In this document: in pieces, positions 50,172 through 59,380 of the stretch
Numbering within the stretch: position 1 is the first letter of the stretch
How the letters are laid out: each line of letters starts with the position of its first letter
Source of the DNA: a bacterium
Lineage (GTDB): Bacteria > Patescibacteriota > Dojkabacteria > JAKAPS01 > JAJZLI01
Direction: 5' to 3'
Assembly: GCA_021791275.1 (NCBI GenBank)
Contig: JAJYWX010000029.1
Span: 14,074 to 78,073, forward strand
Length of the DNA stretch: 64,000 nt
The notes under the pieces: generated by a model
Seen by the model: only the letters and a program-made list of their open reading frames with translations
What the model was told of the DNA's origin: nothing
The model's database searches: none
Translations under genes and position numbers: made by a program

Positions 50172-50681
50172 GTGAGTAGTAATATTAGAGAAAATTCTTT
50201 ATCAATTTCTTTTTTCATAGAACTTTGTGTTGCTATACTTGTTGGTGTTGTCTTTTTAAATTTTTTAATAGGGATAACATTCAAATATTTTGAAACTCAT
50301 AATTTATTTGGACATAATAAGCTTTTAGATTTTTATTACCATATTCCTCCACCTAAAGTTAAGACGTTAACTTTAGAGCAAAAAGATATATCTAATTTTG
50401 TAAATTTTTTATCTTCAAATAATAGTAATATATCAGAGTATTTATCAGAAAACTATATAATTTCTTTAGTCAATAAATATCATAAATCTAATTATGCTTT
50501 AGATATAAAACAATATTTAGGTATAAATAATGTTGAAAAAAAAGTTTATTTTATGAAAAATTATAATTCATATTATTCAATTTATTTAATTGTTGGAAAA
50601 TCTAAATTATATTTAGATATTTATGTAAGCAAAGAAAATGGCAAATATCTTATTACAGATATAAAGCCTGTAGAAGTTTAG
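50172..50681 (+). CDS. Hypothetical membrane-anchored protein
   Basis: It has an N-terminal TM (LSISFFIELCVAILVGVVFLNFLIGITF). It is loosely pilin-like, but the E is at +4 and there is no G-1. Confidence 0.3.
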   Translation: MSSNIRENSLSISFFIELCVAILVGVVFLNFLIGITFKYFETHNLFGHNKLLDFYYHIPPPKVKTLTLEQKDISNFVNFLSSNNSNISEYLSENYIISLVNKYHKSNYALDIKQYLGINNVEKKVYFMKNYNSYYSIYLIVGKSKLYLDIYVSKENGKYLITDIKPVEV

Positions 50682-50723
50682 CCTTCTCATTTATATTTAA
50701 TTTTTATTATCTAATATATTAAT

Positions 50724-51704
50724 ATGAATAAAGTTAAATTAGGCTCACAAGGGTTGAATGTTTCAAGGATAGGTCTTGGGTGTATGGGTATGAGTGATTT
50801 CTATAAGGGAGGTTCTGAAAAAGAATCTTTGGATACAATAGATAGGGCCATAGATCTGGGTATTAATTTTTTTGATACAGCAGATATGTATGGTCCATTT
50901 AAAAATGAAATATTGGTTGGGAAAGCACTTCAAAAATATAGAGATAGGGTTGTTATAGCAACAAAGTTTGGAAATGAAAGAGCAGAAGATGGATCTTTTA
51001 TTAGAATAAATGGTAGTCCAGATTATGTTAGATCTGCTTGTGAAAATTCATTACAAAGATTGAATATAGACTATATTGATCTTTATTATATCCACAGAGT
51101 AGATACTACTGTTCCTATAGAAGAGACAGTTATGGCTATGTCAGATTTGGTTAAAGAAGGGAAAGTAAAATATATAGGTATATCTGAGGCTTCTTCTGAA
51201 ACTATAAAGAAAGCACATTCAGTTCACCCTCTTACTGCAGTCCAAAGTGAGTACTCCCTTTGGTCAAGGGATCCTGAAGAAAATATATTTGATACGATTA
51301 GAGAATTAGGGATAGGTTTTGTTGCATATTCTCCTCTAGGAAGAGGATTTTTAACTGGCAAGATCAAGAATATTGATGATTTAGAAGATGGAGATTTTAG
51401 AAAATATAACCCTAGATTTCAAGGGGATAATTTTCAGGAAAATTTATTATTAGTTTCTAAAGTAGAAGATTTGGCAGAAAGATTAGGTGCAATTCCATCA
51501 CAAATTGCCCTGGCCTGGGTATTGCATCAGGGAGATGATATAGTTCCAATACCTGGGACTAAACATATAAAATATCTAGAGGAAAATGTAAATGCTTTAA
51601 ATGTAAATTTATCCCACGAAGATTTAGAGTTTCTAAATAAAGTATTTGAAAAGGATAATGTTAAGGGTAATAGATATCCAGATATGAGTACTGTTAACAA
51701 GTAA
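50724..51704 (+). CDS. Aldo/keto reductase family oxidoreductase
   Basis: The AKR N-terminal block [19 protein letters not shown]...[10 protein letters not shown], the catalytic-tetrad context and the size (326 aa) all fit. Confidence 0.85.
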   Translation: MNKVKLGSQGLNVSRIGLGCMGMSDFYKGGSEKESLDTIDRAIDLGINFFDTADMYGPFKNEILVGKALQKYRDRVVIATKFGNERAEDGSFIRINGSPDYVRSACENSLQRLNIDYIDLYYIHRVDTTVPIEETVMAMSDLVKEGKVKYIGISEASSETIKKAHSVHPLTAVQSEYSLWSRDPEENIFDTIRELGIGFVAYSPLGRGFLTGKIKNIDDLEDGDFRKYNPRFQGDNFQENLLLVSKVEDLAERLGAIPSQIALAWVLHQGDDIVPIPGTKHIKYLEENVNALNVNLSHEDLEFLNKVFEKDNVKGNRYPDMSTVNK

Positions 51705-51744
51705 AAAATAAAATATCGGATCTGGTTATAGTCTTTATATAAAT

Positions 51745-51819
51745 TGGAGTGAGAAACGGGATTCGAACCCGCGACCTCTTCCTTGGGAAGGAAGCATTCT
51801 ACCACTGAACTACTCTCAC
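51745..51819 (-). tRNA. tRNA-Gly (anticodon CCC) with genome-encoded 3' CCA
   Basis: The reverse complement GTGAGAGTAGTTCAGTGGTAGAATGCTTCCTTCCCAAGGAAGAGGTCGCGGGTTCGAATCCCGTTTCTCACTCCA has anticodon stem CTTCC/GGAAG and loop TTCCCAA, and ends ...T-CCA. Confidence 0.75.
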
Positions 51820-51825
51820 ATTAAT

Positions 51826-51897
51826 AGCCGACAAGCAGAATCGAACTGCTAACGCCACTTTACGAAAGTGATGCTTTGCCATTTAAGCTATATCGGC
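51826..51897 (-). tRNA. tRNA-Thr (anticodon CGT)
   Basis: The reverse complement GCCGATATAGCTTAAATGGCAAAGCATCACTTTCGTAAAGTGGCGTTAGCAGTTCGATTCTGCTTGTCGGCT has acceptor GCCGATA/TGTCGGC, anticodon loop TTCGTAA and T-arm AGCAG/TTCGATT/CTGCT. Confidence 0.65.
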
Positions 51898-51957
51898 AAT
51901 ATGTTATGATTCTATCAGATTTTTATTTTTTTTCTAAGTTATGATAGAATTAAAGGA

Positions 51958-52584
51958 ATGGGACAGCAAAGTTTTTTAGCAAGAGTATTGGTAATATTTT
52001 CATTGTCTTTAATTGTAGCAGTGTTTGGTGTGTATTTTTCAAAGTATGTCCCCTCTTCACTTTTTATTATTTTATTCATAATTGAATTAGTACTTATTTT
52101 TGTTATAGGAGCAGTAAGAAATAATCATACTTTAGCTCCTATATTATTGTTTGTATTTACATTTATATCTGGTCTTACTGTTGGACCTTTAATTTATACA
52201 TTTTTCAATTACGGTGCAGGTGCTATAGTTTTTCAGGCATTAGCTATAACTGCTGTTATATTTATACTATTAACTGCAATAGTTTACTTTTTTAATGTTA
52301 ATTTAGTAAATTCTAAAATATGGATATTCTTAATAATAGGCCTTGTTGGAATAATAATTGCAGGTATAGTAAATATATTTTTACATAGTCCGATATTTAA
52401 TTTCTATATATCAGTTGCTGTTGTATTAGTATTTTCAGGTTTTGTACTTTATGATATGTCTAATATTATAGAAAATCCTGGCATGACAAATGAGTATGTT
52501 GCTGCACTAAGTTTATATCTTGATTTTGTAAATATATTTATTGCTATACTTAATATTCTAGGGTTCTTAGATGGTAAAGGTTAA
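51958..52584 (+). CDS. Seven-TM membrane protein, possibly Bax-inhibitor-1/YccA family
   Basis: It is about 208 aa with seven predicted TM helices at BI-1-like spacing. The call rests on topology only. Confidence 0.4.
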   Translation: MGQQSFLARVLVIFSLSLIVAVFGVYFSKYVPSSLFIILFIIELVLIFVIGAVRNNHTLAPILLFVFTFISGLTVGPLIYTFFNYGAGAIVFQALAITAVIFILLTAIVYFFNVNLVNSKIWIFLIIGLVGIIIAGIVNIFLHSPIFNFYISVAVVLVFSGFVLYDMSNIIENPGMTNEYVAALSLYLDFVNIFIAILNILGFLDGKG

Positions 52585-53264
52585 TGATTTCTAATCTTTT
52601 TTCTTTTAATTTTATATCTCTTTTATCTATTCAAAATATAGCCTACACTATTAGTACGGTTATTTTTCCAAACATATATTTATTTTTATTTATCTTTATA
52701 ATATTAGAAGAGATGGGTGTTCCAATGCCTATTCCTGGAGAATTCTTTGTTTTTCTTGCGGGATATAGAGTAGCGTTAGGTGATGCTAATCCAATTGCAA
52801 TAATTTTAATAGTAATACTAGCAACAATTATAGGTTCCACTATTCTCTACTCTATTATTTATTGGCAAGGGTTAAATTTTATAGAGAAATATGGGAAATA
52901 TATATTTTTGTCAAAGTCAAAGATTCTTCAAGTGAAAGATTGGTTTAGTAAGAACGGTTTATTCGCAATTCTTATAGGGAGATGGATTTTTGGATTAAGG
53001 ATAATTGCTAATGTTATAGGTGGTCTTTTTCGATTAAGGTATGATAAATTTATCTCTGTTACAATTTTTGCAACAATTATCTGGACTGCATTCTATGTAA
53101 CTTTAGGTGTATTTTTAGGGCAATATTATCCCGCTATGATATCTTATATAAGTCAGTTTAATAGTATAGTTATAGAACTAATCTACTTCGTTCTCTTAAC
53201 ATTAATAACTGCTTTATTTATAAGAATAATAGTTGGAAAAGGTGCAAAGGAAATAATTAAGTAA
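52584..53264 (+). CDS. DedA family membrane protein, third paralogue
   Basis: GVPMPIPGEFFVFLAG is the DedA motif and LIGRWIFGLRIIANVIGG is the glycine-rich reentrant region. Confidence 0.75.
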   Translation: MISNLFSFNFISLLSIQNIAYTISTVIFPNIYLFLFIFIILEEMGVPMPIPGEFFVFLAGYRVALGDANPIAIILIVILATIIGSTILYSIIYWQGLNFIEKYGKYIFLSKSKILQVKDWFSKNGLFAILIGRWIFGLRIIANVIGGLFRLRYDKFISVTIFATIIWTAFYVTLGVFLGQYYPAMISYISQFNSIVIELIYFVLLTLITALFIRIIVGKGAKEIIK

Positions 53265-53266
53265 GA

Positions 53267-53926
53267 TTAATTACAACTTAAGGAATTCTTTTGATAAGTT
53301 ATATTTGGAGTAGGATTGCTACTATATGTAACATTAACTCCAGAATTAATTGGGTCAATATATAAAACATTAGTATTCGGTGTAATTTCTATATTACTAG
53401 ATGCATTAATTGTTAATGTACATGTAGTTTGAGCATTGATGCTACTTTCTAGTAATAATTCAATGGTATCTTGTGATTTAGATTGCGATGATTGCGATAA
53501 AGATATATATAATGGATTTGAGCCATTTGCATAGTTATCAAGATTTATAGGAAGTAGTTCCCCTTGAGGAATAGAAATAGTATTTGTATCAGACAATGAA
53601 TTAGAAGATAAACTATAAGAGCAGGTTTCAAGATTTATTGAACTTCCTAAATTATTGTTAGGTAAACCTGTACAATTTGTTGGACTTTTAGTTACTGATT
53701 TAGGAACTCCTAAGGATGTATATTGAGAACTTATTGTAGATAGTCCTTCTTGAATTCCTGATTGAGATGTATTTAAAGAAGCTTCCCCTAAATATCCTTG
53801 TGAATTTTGATTTATTTCTTTGATTGTGGAAGAAGTCAAAACCATAACCAAGATGAGCATTACAATACCAAATAGCATAACTACTATTAAAGCTTGTCCA
53901 CTATTGTCTATATTTATACTCTTCAC
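53267..53926 (-). CDS. Hypothetical secreted/membrane protein with a PilX-like N-terminus
   Basis: The N-terminal MKSINIDNSGQALIVVMLFGIVMLILVMVLTSS resembles the PilX_N / TadE-like pseudopilin leader and helix. The rest is Ser/Thr/Asn-rich. Confidence 0.3.
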   Translation of the reverse strand: MKSINIDNSGQALIVVMLFGIVMLILVMVLTSSTIKEINQNSQGYLGEASLNTSQSGIQEGLSTISSQYTSLGVPKSVTKSPTNCTGLPNNNLGSSINLETCSYSLSSNSLSDTNTISIPQGELLPINLDNYANGSNPLYISLSQSSQSKSQDTIELLLESSINAQTTCTLTINASSNIEITPNTNVLYIDPINSGVNVTYSSNPTPNITYQKNSLSCN

Positions 53927-53975
53927 AATTTATAATATAGTATATATTATAAAACTAATCAACAACTATTAATTT

Positions 53976-54638
53976 ATGAAGAATAAACACAAACTTAAAA
54001 GAATTTTTTATTTAATTATCACTGTTTTGATTTTAATTTCTCTTTTTTTAGAATTCTTTTTTAGAGTTAAATATGTAGATATAAAAAATATAAAGAATCC
54101 CTATATTGTAAATAGTATAAGTAAATCTTTATATGGTAAAAATATTTTATTTCTAAATAATCAAAATGTTTTATATATATTAAAAAGGTACTATCCAATT
54201 GCAGATTCTGTAAGTATTCGTAAGGAATTCCCAAATAAATTAGAAATTTACGTAAACAATCAAAGTATTTTATATGAATATATTTATAAAAAAAGTAAAT
54301 ATTATGTTACTCAAAGTGGATCTTATCTAAAGTATCAATCTAATATATTAGGGAATTATCCCATTGTGTATTCTAATAAACCAATTTCAACATATGATAT
54401 TAAAGATATAAATACTCTTGTAAATGATATATCTAAGCAATTTGTTATATCGGTATATAAGTATGAAATTTCTAATGATACAGTTTATCTTTATATTAAT
54501 TCTGGAAAAGAAGCCATATTTAATTTTCATAAATCAATTATAAATCAAGTTAATGAGTTGATGAATGTAATTTCTTCAGTAGGTCCAAGTTGTAATATTA
54601 TAAATGTTGAGTACAATAAAATCTTTTGTGAAAATTAA
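53976..54638 (+). CDS. ftsQ: Cell division protein FtsQ/DivIB-like
   Basis: A short cytoplasmic tail, one TM (IFYLIITVLILISLFLEFFF) and a POTRA-like region starting VKYVDIKN sit immediately upstream of ftsA-ftsZ. Confidence 0.55.
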   Translation: MKNKHKLKRIFYLIITVLILISLFLEFFFRVKYVDIKNIKNPYIVNSISKSLYGKNILFLNNQNVLYILKRYYPIADSVSIRKEFPNKLEIYVNNQSILYEYIYKKSKYYVTQSGSYLKYQSNILGNYPIVYSNKPISTYDIKDINTLVNDISKQFVISVYKYEISNDTVYLYINSGKEAIFNFHKSIINQVNELMNVISSVGPSCNIINVEYNKIFCEN

Positions 54639-54693
54639 TCTTGCAGATATAAAAAGATTAATATATACTTTTTGATAGTTATACTAAAAATTT

Positions 54694-55995
54694 ATGTCAA
54701 AAGGAATAGTTACTGGAATAGATATAGGTTCTTCTAAAATTACTACTGTTATAGTAAATGTAGATGAGCATGCTACCACAATCTTAGGACTTGCAAGTTA
54801 CAAAAGCAATGGAATAAAAAAGGGTGTAATAGTAAATATAGATGAAGCAGTAAAATCTATCTCTGACAGTTTAGAGGCAGCTGAAAGGATGGCTGGAATA
54901 GAAGTTAATAGCGCATATGTTACCCTTGGCTGCAAACATATATCAAGTACAAATAATAAAGGTATTGTAGCGATATCTTCGGAAGAGATATCTAATGAAG
55001 ATATTGCAAGAGTAAGAGAAAGCTCTGTTGCAGTATCAATCCCTCAATCAAGAGAAATATTACATACTATAGCTAGAGAATATGTTGTTGACTCTCAAGG
55101 AGGCATCAAAAATCCATTAGGTATGGCAGGAATAAGGTTAGAGATGGACACTCATATCATTACTGTTGGGTCAATGGTATTACATAATTTAAAAAAGTGT
55201 GTTGCACAAGTGGGTTTATCAGTAGTGGACGTTATTTTCTCTGGTTGGGCTGATGCTGAAGTCATACTAACTTCAACAGAAAAAGAGCTGGGAGTACTTT
55301 TATTGGATATAGGATTTGGGGTAACAGATGTTGTCTTATATACGGATGATTCAATAGCTTATTCAGCTTCTATTCCAATTGGAAGTTCTAACATAACTAA
55401 TGATATTGCTGTTGGGCTCCAAGTATCAATCGAGGATGCCGAGAAAATAAAATGTAATTATGGAATTTTAGTAAAAAAAGCTCAACAAAGAAAGGACAGA
55501 GATGAGGAAAAGAAAACGACATCCTCTTCTTCTTCCCTATCTTCAATGCTTAGCAATGATTTATTGTTAAAATTATCTGATATAGGGATTGATGTAGATC
55601 TTAATTTTGATGAGGTAAGAAAGAGTTTAATAGATGAAATTATAGACGCAAGGGTAGATGAAATTTTTGAAAATGTTAAAGAAGACATACTGAAATCTGG
55701 ATTTGACTATAGGATGCCTGCCGGGGTTGTATTAACAGGAGGAGGATCAAAACTTTTTTCTATAAATAAAATTGCACAAAAAAACTTTTCTTCTTCTGTA
55801 AGAATTGGCTATCCTACGAATCTTTCCTCTATGAATGATGAGATTTCTGGACCAGCATTTTCTGCTATACAAGGTGTCATTGACCATGGAATTAAACTTC
55901 TTTCAAAAGATAATGAAGGGAGCAATTTTTCTCATAAAGAATTTAGTAAAACAGCTAAAGGAATAATTGATTGGATAAAATCTTTAATGCCTTAA
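54694..55995 (+). CDS. ftsA: Cell division protein FtsA
   Basis: The actin-like ATPase N-terminus IVTGIDIGSSKITTVI is present and VLTGGGSKL is the adenosine motif. Confidence 0.85.
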   Translation: MSKGIVTGIDIGSSKITTVIVNVDEHATTILGLASYKSNGIKKGVIVNIDEAVKSISDSLEAAERMAGIEVNSAYVTLGCKHISSTNNKGIVAISSEEISNEDIARVRESSVAVSIPQSREILHTIAREYVVDSQGGIKNPLGMAGIRLEMDTHIITVGSMVLHNLKKCVAQVGLSVVDVIFSGWADAEVILTSTEKELGVLLLDIGFGVTDVVLYTDDSIAYSASIPIGSSNITNDIAVGLQVSIEDAEKIKCNYGILVKKAQQRKDRDEEKKTTSSSSSLSSMLSNDLLLKLSDIGIDVDLNFDEVRKSLIDEIIDARVDEIFENVKEDILKSGFDYRMPAGVVLTGGGSKLFSINKIAQKNFSSSVRIGYPTNLSSMNDEISGPAFSAIQGVIDHGIKLLSKDNEGSNFSHKEFSKTAKGIIDWIKSLMP

Positions 55996-56055
55996 TATTG
56001 ATAAATTAAGCGTTTTGTGGTTTAATTGTGTAATATATAATTTGGTTTCATAATA

Positions 56056-57219
56056 ATGTTAGTAAAACCTCAGTCATTTGATAATTCTGCAAAGATAAAA
56101 GTTATTGGAGTTGGTGGTGGTGGTAACAATGCTATAAATACAATGATATCGGTATATAATATATCCGGTGTCGATTTTGTTGCAGTAAATACTGATGCTC
56201 AAGCACTTAAAAATTCACTCGCAGAAACAAAAATACAGATCGGAAGTGAGCTAACTAAAGGATTAGGTTCTGGAGGAGTAGCGTCTATAGGAAAACAGGC
56301 AGCTGAAGAAAGTATAGATTTAATACATGAGGCATTGTCTGGAGCAGATATGGTTTTCATAACAGCAGGGATGGGTGGAGGTACTGGTACAGGTGCATCT
56401 CCTGTTGTAGCAGGGATAGCAAAGAATTTGGGTGCATTAACAGTAGGTGTTGTAACTAAACCTTTTTCTTTTGAAGGCCAGAAAAGGAACAACGTTGCCT
56501 TAGAAGGTATAGAAGAATTAAGATCCAAAGTTGATACTCTGATAGTTATTCCAAATCAAAGATTGTTAGATATTATTGATAGAAAAGTAACTTTTGTTGA
56601 AGCAATGCAAACAGTAGATGATGTATTAGGTCAAGGAGTTAAAAGTATATCAGAACTTATTACTAAGGCAGGAATGATTAACGTTGATTTTGCAGATGTT
56701 AAATCAGTTATGGCTGATGCTGGTACAGCACTTATGGGTATGGGGATAGCTACAGGAGATGAAAGGGCATTAGAAGCATCTAAACAAGCAGTTAATAGTC
56801 CTTTGCTTGAATTATCAATAAAGGGTGCAACTGGAGTTCTTTTTAATATAACTGCAGGGAATGATCTTTCAATGTATGAAGTTGATCAAGCTGCAAATAT
56901 AATATCTGGTTCAGCTGAAAAAGATGCAAATATAATATTTGGAGCTTCCATTGATGATAGTATACAAGATGGATCTATTAGAATAAATGTTTTAGCAACA
57001 GGATTTGATAAGGATAGACAAAATAGTATTATAAGAGATGATAATAATTACACCCCATCTGCATTCATCAATGAAGATAAGTTCAAAAATAAAAAAGATG
57101 ATGATAGTAGTGTTATAGAAATTAATATTGATAAAGATGGTAGTAAAGAAGAAAAAGATACTTTAGATGATGATAGTGATTATGATAGTCCAGCATTCTT
57201 AAGAAGAGTGGGAAAATAA
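56056..57219 (+). CDS. ftsZ: Cell division GTPase FtsZ
   Basis: The tubulin signature GGGTGTG, the N-terminal [17 protein letters not shown], the T7 loop and an acidic C-terminal tail ending with a conserved peptide (DSPAFLRR) are present. Confidence 0.95.
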   Translation: MLVKPQSFDNSAKIKVIGVGGGGNNAINTMISVYNISGVDFVAVNTDAQALKNSLAETKIQIGSELTKGLGSGGVASIGKQAAEESIDLIHEALSGADMVFITAGMGGGTGTGASPVVAGIAKNLGALTVGVVTKPFSFEGQKRNNVALEGIEELRSKVDTLIVIPNQRLLDIIDRKVTFVEAMQTVDDVLGQGVKSISELITKAGMINVDFADVKSVMADAGTALMGMGIATGDERALEASKQAVNSPLLELSIKGATGVLFNITAGNDLSMYEVDQAANIISGSAEKDANIIFGASIDDSIQDGSIRINVLATGFDKDRQNSIIRDDNNYTPSAFINEDKFKNKKDDDSSVIEINIDKDGSKEEKDTLDDDSDYDSPAFLRRVGK

Positions 57220-57223
57220 TCAT

Positions 57224-58231
57224 ATGCAATTTGAATTCTCCTTATCAATTGACTTGTTTGATAACTTTATTAATATAATAGACTTAAACTCTAGTCTAAA
57301 ATCTATTGATATTCCTCAAAAAATATTAGATGAATTCCTAATTGATGAATTTAAAATTTTAGGAAAAATACTTAATATAAATTATGATGCTAAGGATATA
57401 AGGGCCTATGCTTTAGGTTTTAGTAAAATAAGCAGTAGTTTTGATAGTTCTATTGCTTCTGGATATAGGAATTCTAATGAAATGATACAGTCTTTGTATG
57501 TAGATAAGGGGAATATTTTTACATTAAATATAATATCCAGAGTAAATAAGGTATTAACAGAAAATGGATTTGAAATTTGGGAAAGTGGTAAGCTTAGAAA
57601 TGAAAAGTTTCCTTACAATGGAGAGTTAGATTTTTTTAAATTAGAAAGTTTAATATCAGATAAAGATATCTACGATAATATATATAAGATAGCTAATTAT
57701 TATAAAAATGATAAATATCCAAATATAATAAAAGTTTTTGTTATATCATATAATCTTTTTAGATTAAAACCGTTCTGCGTACTTAATGATATTACAATTG
57801 TTATCATAATGAAAATTCTTTTATTTGATATAGATTTTTTTAATTATGTACAAATTCTAAATATATTTTATGAGAATATAGATAAATTAAATCCGGATAT
57901 TGACTTAAGTGAGTGGCTTTTAAATATGTCTAAGTTTTTATTATCTGATATGAAATCTCAAAATGAATATATTAGGAAATATATTTCTTTGGATCACAGG
58001 AAATTTCTTTCAAATAATATTATAGCAAAACTTAATGATAGACAAAAAAACATATTCTTTTATTTAAGGGAGCACAAAAATATATCTAGACAAGAGTATA
58101 TGAGACTATTTAAAATATCTTCAATGACGGCATTTAGGGATTTAAATGAGATGAAATCTTTAGGAGTTATAACTTCATTTGGGTCAGGGAGAGGAACTAG
58201 ATATACAATATTAGAAAAATTTTTAACTTAA
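57224..58231 (+). CDS. Fic/Doc-family-like protein with a C-terminal winged helix and a degenerate active-site motif
   Basis: The C-terminal NISRQEYMRLFKISSMTAFRDLNEMKSLGVITSFGSGRGTRYTIL matches the wHTH that ends many COG3177 Fic proteins (...TA.RDL..L...G.....G.GR.T.Y.L). In the central region, RLKPFCVLNDITIVIIMKILL aligns to the Fic motif IHPF.DGNGR..RLL.NL.L with the His and the GNGR lost. The start is 5 nt after the ftsZ stop. Confidence 0.35.
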   Translation: MQFEFSLSIDLFDNFINIIDLNSSLKSIDIPQKILDEFLIDEFKILGKILNINYDAKDIRAYALGFSKISSSFDSSIASGYRNSNEMIQSLYVDKGNIFTLNIISRVNKVLTENGFEIWESGKLRNEKFPYNGELDFFKLESLISDKDIYDNIYKIANYYKNDKYPNIIKVFVISYNLFRLKPFCVLNDITIVIIMKILLFDIDFFNYVQILNIFYENIDKLNPDIDLSEWLLNMSKFLLSDMKSQNEYIRKYISLDHRKFLSNNIIAKLNDRQKNIFFYLREHKNISRQEYMRLFKISSMTAFRDLNEMKSLGVITSFGSGRGTRYTILEKFLT

Positions 58232-59032
58232 TTCTTGATTAATTATTGTTTGGAAATAAGAGTATGGATAAGCACCTAATACTTCCTGACCTGTTACTTT
58301 TCCATTTTTTATCTTCCCTATTACAAATGTTGGTGTTCCTTGGATATTGATCTTATTTCCTGCATTTATATCAGCACTTATTTGAGGCTGAAATGTATTG
58401 TCACTTATACATGTATTATAAAGGTTCATATTTAATCCTAAAGATTTTGCATAACCAGAAACAACTGATGGTGTATTTGTATCTTGGTTAGTTGTATACA
58501 TCTGATTTACGAAATTCCAAAACTTACCTTGTTCCCCAAAACATCTTGATTCTTTTGCCATACCTAATGCAAGTGGATGTATTTTTTCCAAAGGATAATC
58601 TCTAAACGCAAATATTATATTACCATTATTTATATAATTTTCTTGTATTTGTGGAAATACAGAATTATAGAATTCTTTACAAAATGGACATTGAAAATCG
58701 CCAAATTCTACTATAGCCACTTTTGCCTTTTTACTATTTCCTAATATTGGGTTTGTCCCCAAGGATACAGTTACTATATTATTTACAGTAGTTTGTGACC
58801 CCCCTGATGAGCTACTATTGCTACTATTTTGTGTACTCGAATTATTTTTAGTTACTGTATTGGAATTTGTACTATTTCCTATTCTAGAAGATACTATAAT
58901 TGCCAAGGCTATAAATATTCCTGCCACAACTATAGCTGAAGGAACCATATATTTAGAAAATTTTGATGTTTCTTGATTGTTAATATCTTCGATATGTTTT
59001 GTTTTAACAGTATTTTCTTTAGTTTTTTTCAT
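58223..59032 (-). CDS. Membrane-anchored DsbA/thioredoxin-like thiol:disulfide oxidoreductase
   Basis: An N-terminal TM and a Ser/Asn-rich linker are followed by a thioredoxin fold with the active-site VEFGDFQCPFCKEF (CPFC) and a cis-Pro region (GTPTFVIG). Confidence 0.75.
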   Translation of the reverse strand: MKKTKENTVKTKHIEDINNQETSKFSKYMVPSAIVVAGIFIALAIIVSSRIGNSTNSNTVTKNNSSTQNSSNSSSSGGSQTTVNNIVTVSLGTNPILGNSKKAKVAIVEFGDFQCPFCKEFYNSVFPQIQENYINNGNIIFAFRDYPLEKIHPLALGMAKESRCFGEQGKFWNFVNQMYTTNQDTNTPSVVSGYAKSLGLNMNLYNTCISDNTFQPQISADINAGNKINIQGTPTFVIGKIKNGKVTGQEVLGAYPYSYFQTIINQELS

Positions 59033-59092
59033 TGATATTATTATAACATATAATTTTTAAATTTATGGTTTTATTGTTATAATACTAAAATA

Positions 59093-59380
59093 ATGAGTAA
59101 AATAACAGATGAAGAAATATTAAAAATTGCAAATCTTGCTAGGATAAAAATTAATTCAGATGATGTAAAAAAGTTTAGAGATAGTATAGAAGAAATATTA
59201 GAATATGTAGATAATTTATCTGAAGTTGATACGTCAAATGTTGATCCATTCTTTTCTTTAAATGATTTATCGAACTCTTTTCGAGAAGATGATCCACGAA
59301 AAAATACAGATTTTACTATTAATGATGATAATTTTATATCCCTAAAAAATGGTTATATTAAAGTGAATAAAGTTTTATGA
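59093..59380 (+). CDS. gatC: Asp-tRNA(Asn)/Glu-tRNA(Gln) amidotransferase subunit C
   Basis: It is 95 aa with ITDEEILKIANLARIKINSDDVKKFRDSIEEILEYVDNLSEVDTSNV, matching the GatC consensus, and it lies upstream of gatA. Confidence 0.8.
   Translation: MSKITDEEILKIANLARIKINSDDVKKFRDSIEEILEYVDNLSEVDTSNVDPFFSLNDLSNSFREDDPRKNTDFTINDDNFISLKNGYIKVNKVL

Noticed and set aside
50172-50681. Prepilin-like start SISFFIELCVAIL
   Set aside because: The Glu is at +4 rather than +5, there is no Gly at -1, and there is no basic leader. It is more likely a plain signal-anchor.
51527-51805. 92-aa ORF MVECFLPKEEVAGSNPVSHS...
   Set aside because: It overlaps the 3' end of the AKR gene and runs through tRNA-Gly. 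The EVAGSNPV peptide is the classic artefact of translating a tRNA T-arm.
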